A DNA stretch of 64,000 bases from an uncultured bacterium (GTDB lineage Bacteria; Acidobacteriota; Thermoanaerobaculia; Multivoradales; J023), in assembly GCA_965366625.1 (NCBI GenBank), contig CBDUGP010000003.1, forward strand, positions 50,549 through 114,548, in the 5' to 3' direction. Under the pieces are notes generated by a model. The model made no database searches. It was not told where the DNA came from and saw only the letters and a list, made by a program, of their open reading frames with translations. Below, piece after piece: positions 45,610-54,197 of the stretch. Position 1 is the first letter of the stretch, and every line of letters begins with the position of its first letter. Made by a program: the position numbers and the translations under genes.

Positions 45610-47394
45610 ATGAATGAAAGACCCCCCGCCTACTTCAAGATTCGTCGCCTTGTGCTTTGGATCCTGCCCCTCTTTGTGGGTCTTGGGATCCTCTTTGGCC
45701 TCCGTCTACTGGAGGCGCGGGCTGCTATCGGCCAGGCCGAGCAGCTGTTGGCCGAAGGCGATTATCGAGGGGCAAAGGAGCGATTGTTGCCCTGGCGCGG
45801 GCACTCGCTGGAAGGTCCCCGGGTGCGGGCCGGCTTGAAAATCGCCTCTGCTTTCGCCGAGGACGCTGCGGCCACTCTGACGGCTGAAGAGCAAGCGGGG
45901 ATAGACGCGGGCGATTTTGACCTACCGCTGATTATTCGCGCCGCTTTTGAGCGGGCTGAATTCGGTGCTGTTCTACGTCTTACAGACCTTGCTGAAGCCC
46001 TCTCACGCCCTACCATTCCTTGGGTCACGGTCGCGGCACACATAGAAAGTGGTGATGAAGCGTCCGCCAAGCTGCGTTCATCGAACCTCGACATTAAGCT
46101 GGCGCGCGAATCAACGGGTCAGAGCCTTTTGGTTCAAAGAGTTGCCCATCACTTGGGCCAGAGCGTAGCCGGCGTGGCCGTGCGGGATCGCAGGGGCCTG
46201 CCCTTGGGTTGGTTGGAAGACGGCCGTCTCGAGGTCAGTCAGGGGATTCGTCCCGAATGGATTCCCAAGGACTTGGCCAACCACGTGGTTGCGCATTTTG
46301 AGGCCGGTTCTGTTCGAACCAGCCTCGATCTCGAGCTGTCTAAGCTCGCTTATGAGTCCTTCGGACGGTTTAAGGGCTCCATCGTTTTGGTGGACCCTAT
46401 GACCGGAGAGATTCTGGCGGCAGTGAGCGATCGCCGAACTTACCGACGTGAGACCTCTACTCCGGCCTTCGAACAGGGGCGTGAGCCGGCCTCTATCGCC
46501 AAGCTGATCACCACCGCCGCTTATATGCGAAGTGGTTTGGATCCGGATCGTGCTTTTCGCGGTATGAGGTGCCGAGGGCACGAGTTCTACGACGGTACTC
46601 CGCTCTACTGTCCGGTCATCGCAGGAAAGCTGCGCAGCTTAGATCGTGCTTTGGCCGTATCTTGCAACGTTGGTTTTGCCAATTTGGCCGCGGAGATCGG
46701 TCGTCCCAGGGTTCTCGAAGAGTTCCGGCGGTTTGGATTTAACCAGCCTTTGGGACCGTTCAAAGGCGGCAAGATCCTCCAAGCCCTCGGTGACGAGCGG
46801 CAGCTGGCCGATCTCGCAATCGGACTGGAAGCGACGGAAATCACCCCGTTACATGCGGCCCTTTTAGCGGCGACGGTGGCCAACGGCGGACTCATGCCGG
46901 AACCGACCCTCCTCCATTCCAAGGACGGCAAATTGGGGTTGCATCCCCAGCTATTGCCTCGGGGGATGGATCGACGGGTCTTGGAGCCGGAGACCGTTGA
47001 GGCGCTGACCCACAGCATGATCTCGGTTGTGGAGCGCGGAACGGCCATGCGCGTGCGCACTCGGGGCTTTCCGGTGGCCATGAAAACCGGGACCGCCTCA
47101 GACCCCCGCTACGGCTTTCATGTGAACTACATTGGGTTCGGTCCGCTGCCGGAGGCGAGAGTCGCGTTTTGCGTGCGCATCACTCATCAAGGTACCTCTC
47201 GGCGGGTCCGTATGGCCGCAGTCGAGGTGACGGCCCGGCTTCTTCGCAAGCTGAGGGCTGTTTCCAAGAAACGAGGTTGGGATACGCCCCATCCGGCAGA
47301 CGACACCTCAGGTTCCCGTTTGGTAAAATTGGGGGATCGTCTGTCGGCTAGCGAAGTCGCTGAAATACAGCCGACCACCCGCCTGCGCCGTTAG
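45610..47394 (+). CDS. penicillin-binding protein, transpeptidase domain (class B-like)
   Basis: N-terminal TM; SxxK (ASIAK), SxN (SCN) and KTGT motifs in order. Confidence 0.8.
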   Translation: MNERPPAYFKIRRLVLWILPLFVGLGILFGLRLLEARAAIGQAEQLLAEGDYRGAKERLLPWRGHSLEGPRVRAGLKIASAFAEDAAATLTAEEQAGIDAGDFDLPLIIRAAFERAEFGAVLRLTDLAEALSRPTIPWVTVAAHIESGDEASAKLRSSNLDIKLARESTGQSLLVQRVAHHLGQSVAGVAVRDRRGLPLGWLEDGRLEVSQGIRPEWIPKDLANHVVAHFEAGSVRTSLDLELSKLAYESFGRFKGSIVLVDPMTGEILAAVSDRRTYRRETSTPAFEQGREPASIAKLITTAAYMRSGLDPDRAFRGMRCRGHEFYDGTPLYCPVIAGKLRSLDRALAVSCNVGFANLAAEIGRPRVLEEFRRFGFNQPLGPFKGGKILQALGDERQLADLAIGLEATEITPLHAALLAATVANGGLMPEPTLLHSKDGKLGLHPQLLPRGMDRRVLEPETVEALTHSMISVVERGTAMRVRTRGFPVAMKTGTASDPRYGFHVNYIGFGPLPEARVAFCVRITHQGTSRRVRMAAVEVTARLLRKLRAVSKKRGWDTPHPADDTSGSRLVKLGDRLSASEVAEIQPTTRLRR

Positions 47395-47467
47395 GTTTGT
47401 ATCCGTTCCCGACCGATCCGCGGCGTGCCCTGCCTGGAGATGCGGCGATGCTTTTAGGAGCCGCCGC

Positions 47468-48166
47468 TCAAAGTTCGTCGCGCATGAAAGCCGTTGCCAA
47501 CGCGTCGGCGTATTCATTCCACCGGGAACCGTTGTGAGCCTTGATCCACTGCAGGGTGACCCCGGGATGCCGTTGCGATAGTTGAAAGGCTTCTTTCACC
47601 AAGTCGAGGTTTTCCACCGGGCCGGTTTTTCGCCGCCAACCCCGCTTCTTCCAACCCGCGGCCCACTCGTTGATCGTCCGAACACAGAGGTTCGAGTCGC
47701 TCCAGATGTCGACTGCCGCGTCGTCGGGCAGCATGGAGTAGGCGGCGATCAGGGCGCGGAGTTCCATTCGGTTGTTGGTGGTGCGGTCCTCGTGACCGTA
47801 GTCTTGTTGGAGCACCTCGTTGTTGCGCACCCAAACGGCTCCCCATCCACCGGGCCCCGGGTTGCCCGAACATGCTCCATCGGTAAAAACACCGTCGAAT
47901 GGACCGTCAGAATATTTTTCCAAGACGGCGGCCACCGGCAGTAGATCTTCTTTCGGCGAGCCCTTTTGGCGCGTGGATCGACGGGGACGTTTTTGCGCCG
48001 GGCGACCTTTGGTGCCGGAACTCGAGCGCTTCGCCGAAGGTCCACGGCTCTTATCTCTGCATTTCAAACAGATGGTGGGGGTCCATCCGGGATATCTAGC
48101 CAGCACCTCAGTCTTAAGCGTGAATTCGTCGCCGCAGCTTTTGCAGGTATAGGTCTTGACCGTCAT
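47468..48166 (-). CDS. rnhA: ribonuclease HI with N-terminal Cys4 zinc-ribbon and basic linker
   Basis: C-terminal 150 aa is RNase H-like (TDGACSGNPGPGGWGAV ... NNRMELRALI ... DSNLCV ... IKAHNG ... NEYADALA); N-terminal CKSCG ... CLKCR followed by K/R/S-rich linker. Confidence 0.75.
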   Translation of the reverse strand: MTVKTYTCKSCGDEFTLKTEVLARYPGWTPTICLKCRDKSRGPSAKRSSSGTKGRPAQKRPRRSTRQKGSPKEDLLPVAAVLEKYSDGPFDGVFTDGACSGNPGPGGWGAVWVRNNEVLQQDYGHEDRTTNNRMELRALIAAYSMLPDDAAVDIWSDSNLCVRTINEWAAGWKKRGWRRKTGPVENLDLVKEAFQLSQRHPGVTLQWIKAHNGSRWNEYADALATAFMRDEL

Positions 48167-48312
48167 CTCAATTGAATCCTCTCCGAGGTTTTCTCCAAGG
48201 TCGCCGTCTGTTCAAGAACGATTTGCAGGCTAGCCCAACACCACTGAAAAAGCATCCTCGTTGGGGACCGAAGTGTTGCGGGGGCAGTGAGTGCTACCAA
48301 GGGCCATTGGCG

Positions 48313-51300
48313 TCAAGGGGTGTCAGGGGTGTCTTTCAGCATTGGGTCCTGCAGCAAATCCCGGGAACAGTCCGGGCACACGCCATGGGTGAAGGCGGCC
48401 TCGGAATGTTGATCTATATATTGTTCGATGTCTTCCCAATACCCCTCGTCATCACGGATCTTCTTGCAGCATGAACAGATCGGGAGAAGACCGCCCAACA
48501 CTTTGATTTGGGAAAGTTTCTCTTGTACCTGGGCTGCCATTCGCCGATACGCGAAGACCAGCTCGAGATGGGGGCGAAGGCGCGTGACGAGTTCATGGTG
48601 GCCGATGGGTTTGGGCAGGTAGTCGTTGGCACCCAGTGCCAAGCCTTTCTGGGTGTCCTCCGCCTTGGTCTTGGCACTGAGAAAGATGATCGGCAACTGC
48701 CAGAATGAGAATTTGGATCGTAGCTCCCGACAGACTTCATATCCTGAAACTTCGGGCATCATGATGTCCAGCAGCACCAGATCGAATTCTTGTTTTGCGA
48801 TTACGTCCAGGGCCTCCTTGCCGTGGGTGGCACTGGTGACCCGGAAGTCGAAAATGGAGAGGTAGCTGGTCAGAATCAGCAAATTGGTGGGCTCATCATC
48901 GACGGCGAGAATTCGTGCGTGTTTTGCCTCTTCGGAGAGCTGGAGATCGGCAAAAGAATTAGAGCCCATCTGTCGGTTTCGCGATTCCTGCAGCGGTCGA
49001 ACATTGAAGGTTTCTAGGCGCCTTTGCGCAGCAGCGGCGAGGTGCGAGCGTGGCGGCATTTGATCGGCGAGAGTCCCGGCTCTCGATGGCTCTGAGCGAG
49101 CTGTTTGCTCTCTTTGGCCTGAATACACTGGAATCTCGAAGGCAAAAGTCGAGCCTTGTCCCGGACTCGAAGTGACGGCCAAAGAACTGCCGTGCAGCTG
49201 GACGAGGCGATTTGCGATCGTCAACCCCAATCCGGTGCCGCTGTGGGAGCGGATGTCAGAGCCGTCGGCCTGCTCGAAAGCCTGAAGTATTCGCTCAACT
49301 TCTGAGGTTGCGATGCCTACTCCAGAGTCACTGATCTCGATCCGCAACCGTGGGCTCGGGAGGCAAGTCTCATCAGACCCTTGAGTTTGCTTGGGCTTCG
49401 GGCTGGTGGGAGTTGTCGTCGACTGGACCCGAACCTGAACAAAACCGGCATCGGTGAACTTGATTCCGTTCTCCACTAGGTTGAAAACGACTTGGAAGAG
49501 TCGATTTTCGTCCGCGAAAATCGGTGGCAGGTCTTGGGGCACCTCCGTGGTTAAGTGCAGTCCTTTTTGTTGAGCTGCAGGACGGGTCAGGGCCACGACC
49601 TCCTCCAGAATCGATTCCAGTCGACATTGTCTCGGATGAAGCCGGAAGCCATCGTGGCGAATGTTCGAAAAATCGAGAACAGCTTCGACTAAACGGCTGA
49701 GACGATGACCACTGGCGGCGATCATGGAGAGGTCGAGCAGGGCTTCGGCGTGGATCGGCCCGCGCATGCCGTCGATCAACCCCTCTGCCAAGCCGGTGAT
49801 GCCGTAGAGAGGAGTTCTGAGTTCATGGGAGGTGTTGGCAATGAATTCGTCTTTTTGGCGTTCTGCTGCCCGTAGCCTTTGATTGATGGAGCGCTCTCGG
49901 TTGTATCTTTGCTGAGACCAATAGAGCGACGCTGCAACAAGAGCGAGTACAAGAATCGAGTAAAGGCCGTAGGCGGCTGGGCTTCGCCATGGTGCTGGGG
50001 CGACCAGGATCGCCATCGTCGCTGCCTCCTCACTCCAGACCCCATCCGGGCTTCGGGCTTTAACTTGGAATCGGTAACGACCGGGATCGATGTTGGTGTA
50101 GCGGGCTGACCTGTGCTCGGCATCGGTTTCGATCCAGTGCTCGTCGAACCCTTCCAGTCGATAGAGGAATCGGACCTTTTTGGGGTTGGCGAAGTGGAGA
50201 GCGGTAAAGCCGATCTCAAAGGTCCTGTGAAGATGGTTGAGGGCCAAGCTTTCGGTGCCGGAGAGGGCGTGTTGAAGGGGCGAGCCCGGCACACCGATCT
50301 CAACGGGAGCGCCGTTTAGGAGTAGGTGGGTCAGCACGATGGCCGGTGGATGAGGGCTAAATCGAAGATTGCTCGGATCGAAGTAGGTCAATCCACGGTT
50401 GCCCCCGAAGATCATCTCCCCGGTGCTGGACCTCAAGGCAGTTCCGGTAAAAAACACATTGTTGTGGAGACCGTCTTCGATATCGAAGTTGTGAAAAACT
50501 CCGGCTTCAGGATCGAAATGGCTGATTCCGTGCTGAGTGCTGAGCCACAGAGTTGATCTGTCGTCTTCGAGCACTCCGGCGATGGTGCCGCTCGGCAATC
50601 CCTCTCCGACGTTCCAACGTTGGATCTTAGTGTCGTCTTCGCCCCGCTTGCGGATTAATCCGCCGTCGCGCAGGCCGATCCAGAGGTCATTCCTGCTGTC
50701 TTGGTAGAGGGAGAAGACTTCGTCTTGGATATCCGACAAATTTGCCGCCGGCCGGCGAATCCGAAGATCGCGGTCGAGGATCCTCAAACCGCGCGTGGTA
50801 CCGATCCAAATCCTGTCTTTGTGGTCGAGGCTGAGAGCCAGAATTTGACCGGTTTCGAATCGCCGCCGCTCCCTGCCGCTGTCGTCGAGCAGGGAAAGGC
50901 CCGCGAGACTGCCCATCCACAGTCTGTCTTCAGGGTCTTCGATCAGAACTCGGATTCCCTTGGGAGCGGTTGGGCTGAGGTCGGTCGGAGACAGCTGTGC
51001 GGTGATCTGGTCGAATTGGAATAGGCCTTGGGCCGCACCCAACCAGAGCTTCTTGCGACTACGATCAAAGAAAATTGCTTTGATCGAGGTAATGGGGCCA
51101 TCGTCGTCGCTGAGAGGAAAGCGCTCGAATGCTTGACTGGCTGGATGCCAAACGGTTAGCCAGTCGTTGCCGGCGATCCACCAGCGACCGTCAGGCGTCT
51201 CACCGAGCGCGCTGACGTTGGCACTGGCCAAGCCCCAGCGCGAGTCGAGGCTGCGGCGCAAAGTCCTAAATTGCTGCCGATCGAGATCAGTGAGATCCAG

Positions 51301-52335
51301 GCCGTTGCGGGTGCAGGACCAGAGAATGCCGGAGCGGTCGATGTACAGACCGTAGACAGACTTGCTGCTGGGGCCGGTGGGATCCCCATCTCGCATTTCC
51401 ACATGCTGGGCCGAATCCGGCTCCTCGCCGGAAATTGCACCGACCATACGGGCCAGACCTTCTGAGTTGCTGCCGATCCAGAGGTCGTCTCCGTGGCTCA
51501 TCAGGCTGTGAATGTCACCATTTATCGGGCGGGCGTAGAGACGGAATAGGGGAGGCCCTCGGCCCGGGGCAGTGGACCGATAGAGAGAGCCGTTAAAGGA
51601 CCCTATCCACAGATTGCCGAGCGGATCTCGATAGCTGATGGTGGGTCGGTTCTTTTCTCTGGAGAGGCCGGCTGTGTTCCCATGAAGAAAGGGAGAATCG
51701 ATGGATTCTGTGGCGGAGGTGGTTGGGTCGAAAATAAAAAGGCGCCCGTCGGAGGTGGCGAGCAGCAATCCGCTGTCTAAGGCTTCCAAAGTCAGCGGTT
51801 GGAAAGTGGGGAGGGCTACATCTTCGCTACCGAGATCCACCGTGATCGATTCGAAGCGGCGAGCTTGGCGGTTGAGCCGAAGAAGACCTCGATCCGTCAG
51901 GGCCCACAGATCCGACCCAAGCTCACGGAAACGGATGCCGTCGGGAGACAAGCTCAGCGAAAGCGGGATGCGTTCGAATCGTTCGAGCGCAGGGTCGTAG
52001 CGGTTGAGGCCGCGGTTCCTGGACGCGAGCCACAATGAGCCGTTCCGATCTTCGAACGCTCCAAAAGTCTCGTTGGCGCTGACGGTCGTCGGGTCTGCTG
52101 GATCGTGGGCAAAGGTCGTCAGGTGAGAGCCGTCAAAACGCTGTAGCCCACCCTCGGTGCTTATCCAAATGAAACCCTGTCGGTCCTGGGTCAAGTTCCA
52201 GACGGTGCTGTGGGCGAGCCCGTCGTCAGTGCTCAGGTGTCTGAATTGGAGGAATTCGGCTGCTGCGCTGGAGGTCGATACCAGGCAGAGTAAACTCAGA
52301 AAAGCGATGCGGTTTCGTTTGACTTGGTGTCCCAC
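48313..52335 (-). CDS. hybrid sensor histidine kinase/response regulator with periplasmic beta-propeller sensor and Cys-rich C-terminal module
   Basis: signal peptide; repeated propeller/Y_Y_Y-like repeats; TM; HisKA (SHELRTPL) and HATPase (GTGLGLTIANRLV); REC (ILAVDDEPTN ... DLVLLDIMMP ... LSAK); C-terminal LPICSCCKKIRDDEGYW ... HGVCPDC. Confidence 0.8.
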   Translation of the reverse strand: MGHQVKRNRIAFLSLLCLVSTSSAAAEFLQFRHLSTDDGLAHSTVWNLTQDRQGFIWISTEGGLQRFDGSHLTTFAHDPADPTTVSANETFGAFEDRNGSLWLASRNRGLNRYDPALERFERIPLSLSLSPDGIRFRELGSDLWALTDRGLLRLNRQARRFESITVDLGSEDVALPTFQPLTLEALDSGLLLATSDGRLFIFDPTTSATESIDSPFLHGNTAGLSREKNRPTISYRDPLGNLWIGSFNGSLYRSTAPGRGPPLFRLYARPINGDIHSLMSHGDDLWIGSNSEGLARMVGAISGEEPDSAQHVEMRDGDPTGPSSKSVYGLYIDRSGILWSCTRNGLDLTDLDRQQFRTLRRSLDSRWGLASANVSALGETPDGRWWIAGNDWLTVWHPASQAFERFPLSDDDGPITSIKAIFFDRSRKKLWLGAAQGLFQFDQITAQLSPTDLSPTAPKGIRVLIEDPEDRLWMGSLAGLSLLDDSGRERRRFETGQILALSLDHKDRIWIGTTRGLRILDRDLRIRRPAANLSDIQDEVFSLYQDSRNDLWIGLRDGGLIRKRGEDDTKIQRWNVGEGLPSGTIAGVLEDDRSTLWLSTQHGISHFDPEAGVFHNFDIEDGLHNNVFFTGTALRSSTGEMIFGGNRGLTYFDPSNLRFSPHPPAIVLTHLLLNGAPVEIGVPGSPLQHALSGTESLALNHLHRTFEIGFTALHFANPKKVRFLYRLEGFDEHWIETDAEHRSARYTNIDPGRYRFQVKARSPDGVWSEEAATMAILVAPAPWRSPAAYGLYSILVLALVAASLYWSQQRYNRERSINQRLRAAERQKDEFIANTSHELRTPLYGITGLAEGLIDGMRGPIHAEALLDLSMIAASGHRLSRLVEAVLDFSNIRHDGFRLHPRQCRLESILEEVVALTRPAAQQKGLHLTTEVPQDLPPIFADENRLFQVVFNLVENGIKFTDAGFVQVRVQSTTTPTSPKPKQTQGSDETCLPSPRLRIEISDSGVGIATSEVERILQAFEQADGSDIRSHSGTGLGLTIANRLVQLHGSSLAVTSSPGQGSTFAFEIPVYSGQREQTARSEPSRAGTLADQMPPRSHLAAAAQRRLETFNVRPLQESRNRQMGSNSFADLQLSEEAKHARILAVDDEPTNLLILTSYLSIFDFRVTSATHGKEALDVIAKQEFDLVLLDIMMPEVSGYEVCRELRSKFSFWQLPIIFLSAKTKAEDTQKGLALGANDYLPKPIGHHELVTRLRPHLELVFAYRRMAAQVQEKLSQIKVLGGLLPICSCCKKIRDDEGYWEDIEQYIDQHSEAAFTHGVCPDCSRDLLQDPMLKDTPDTP

Positions 52336-52400
52336 TGACGGCGCCCTAACGAAGATGCGCGCGGAGCGTTGTGCTCGGCCTTGCGCGCAGGCCGAGGCAA

Positions 52401-52751
52401 TTAATCGTCAGATTCGGCAAATGAGGTAATGGCGTCGCCTTCGCTCTGATAGACGTCCAGCAACGGTAACAACTGTGATAGCTCCAGGATGCGCAAGACT
52501 TGACCCTTGACGTTCAGCAATCGGGCATCACAACCAAAGCGCCGGGCAAGCTTCACGGAAGCCATCAGCTCGCCGATTCCTGCGCTGTCGATCTTGCTGA
52601 CTTTCGAGAGATTCAGGAGAATTTTCTTCCAATCGTCGGCAACCAGCTGGTTCATCGCCTCTTGGAGCACGGTGTCGCCGATACCGGCCGTCAGGCGGCC
52701 TGTCATGTCGAGGATGATGACGTCCTCAACCTTTCTTAAATCGATTTCCAT
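52401..52751 (-). CDS. STAS-domain protein (anti-sigma factor antagonist-like)
   Basis: 116-aa SpoIIAA-like fold (VIILDMTGRL ... LSKVSKIDSAGIGEL ... LNVKGQVLRILEL). Confidence 0.75.
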   Translation of the reverse strand: MEIDLRKVEDVIILDMTGRLTAGIGDTVLQEAMNQLVADDWKKILLNLSKVSKIDSAGIGELMASVKLARRFGCDARLLNVKGQVLRILELSQLLPLLDVYQSEGDAITSFAESDD

Positions 52752-52851
52752 TGCGATTCCTTTGGAGATCTCAATTTGCCCTGGCTTGGCTTTGTCTTCG
52801 TAGATCTAGAGGCTGTGAATCTTTGGGTTGCCGACCCTCGGGGAGGCAAAA

Positions 52852-54027
52852 TCATAACATGTCGGGGGCACTCAATTCTTCGGCTGTCAAGGAGCAACCA
52901 CGCAGCTGGGCGTCGGTCGCACGGCCTAGGAGGAAGAATCCCGTAGCATCTTTCTCGCTGCGGGGGCTGTCCAAGATGCCGAGATCTTGGGTGATCACAT
53001 GAATCGCGGATCCCACGTTGCTGAGATCGAAGAAAGAAACCAGCCCGGGCTCACCCGCAGGCACCTCGGTCAAAGTTTCGGGCTCCAGCATCCGGACGCG
53101 CATGAACGGCGGTACGACGAAGCGATCCGGATGGCCTCCGCGCAAGACGTCCGTGTAGAAGTGGCCGGTCAGCTCGGTCATGCCGTATTCGCGGACAACT
53201 GCTTCAGAGGGTAGGCCCAACAGCCGATGGACGCGCCCCAGCAGTTCTTCTCTTTGAAGCTCCCGAACTCGGCCTTTAAATCCACCGGTTTCGAAAAGGG
53301 TCGATCCGAGAGGCAGCTCTTTCTTCAGACCGGAGGATTCGAGGGCTTCGAGCCAATAAGACAGCGCAAAAGCTGTGGTCAGCACGGTCCCGGGGCGGCC
53401 CCTCAAGCCGTCGACCCAACCATTTGCCGCGTCGGGGTCGAGGCCTGCATTTCCCAAGGCGACCACCGAGTCGGGGGCCCCGAATTGATTCAAAATGTGC
53501 TCACACATGAAACCCAAGCTCGAATCGGGCACCGTAGTCCGGGACGGCACGAGTGAGAGCATGGGACGGCGGCCGGGAGCGCGGTCGGCCGGCAGGCAGG
53601 CGTCGGCGAAGGTGGCGTCGATAACCTGTCGATAGAGCGCAGGGAAGGGGTGATAATGCACGCTCCGCTCTTGTTGACCGCCGGTGGTTCCGCTAGATCG
53701 GAAGATTTCCCGGGCCTCGGCCGCGTGGAGTTTTTGGTGACGAAATGCCATCACCGGCACCGCCGGAATCCGGGTCCAATCGAACGGGTCTAGGGACTCG
53801 GGAGTGATTCCCCGATGATCACAGAGGCGCTGAAAAGGAAGGACTCGTTGGTATTGGAAAGCGAACACGTCACGGGCCAATGCGTCAAAAGACCCTTCAC
53901 TTCGGGTGATGAAAGCCGAAACGCGTTGTACGAGCTGCTCAGATTCGCGGACTCCGAACTCAGAGTGAGCAGAAGATGGGGTTGGTTTCATCCCGCCATT
54001 TTGACGACTGTGAGCCTGAGTCGACAA
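52852..54027 (-). CDS. adenylate-forming enzyme, LuxE acyl-protein synthetase/PaaK-like (ANL superfamily)
   Basis: FRSSGTTGG (A3-like motif lacking the usual Lys) and EYGMTE (A5 motif); ~390 aa, LuxE-size. Confidence 0.45.
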   Translation of the reverse strand: MSTQAHSRQNGGMKPTPSSAHSEFGVRESEQLVQRVSAFITRSEGSFDALARDVFAFQYQRVLPFQRLCDHRGITPESLDPFDWTRIPAVPVMAFRHQKLHAAEAREIFRSSGTTGGQQERSVHYHPFPALYRQVIDATFADACLPADRAPGRRPMLSLVPSRTTVPDSSLGFMCEHILNQFGAPDSVVALGNAGLDPDAANGWVDGLRGRPGTVLTTAFALSYWLEALESSGLKKELPLGSTLFETGGFKGRVRELQREELLGRVHRLLGLPSEAVVREYGMTELTGHFYTDVLRGGHPDRFVVPPFMRVRMLEPETLTEVPAGEPGLVSFFDLSNVGSAIHVITQDLGILDSPRSEKDATGFFLLGRATDAQLRGCSLTAEELSAPDML

Positions 54028-54166
54028 GGGCTCTGGGCGTGGGTTTCTGGAGGGTCATGGAGGAGAGCTGGACGTCTGTCATCGGCTGTGTCGGCTGAGT
54101 TTTCCGACCGGGGGTCTGATAAAGTCTCGCCTCATCGAGTGAAATCCTCATCTCACGGTTTCCAGT

Positions 54167-54182
54167 CCACCGAATTCGGTGG
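54167..54182. promoter_or_regulatory. 16-bp perfect palindrome CCACCGAATTCGGTGG abutting RBS of receptor gene
   Basis: perfect dyad immediately 5' of GGGGAG RBS and ATG 54198; candidate operator. Confidence 0.3.
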
Positions 54183-54197
54183 CGGGGAGTGATCGGA

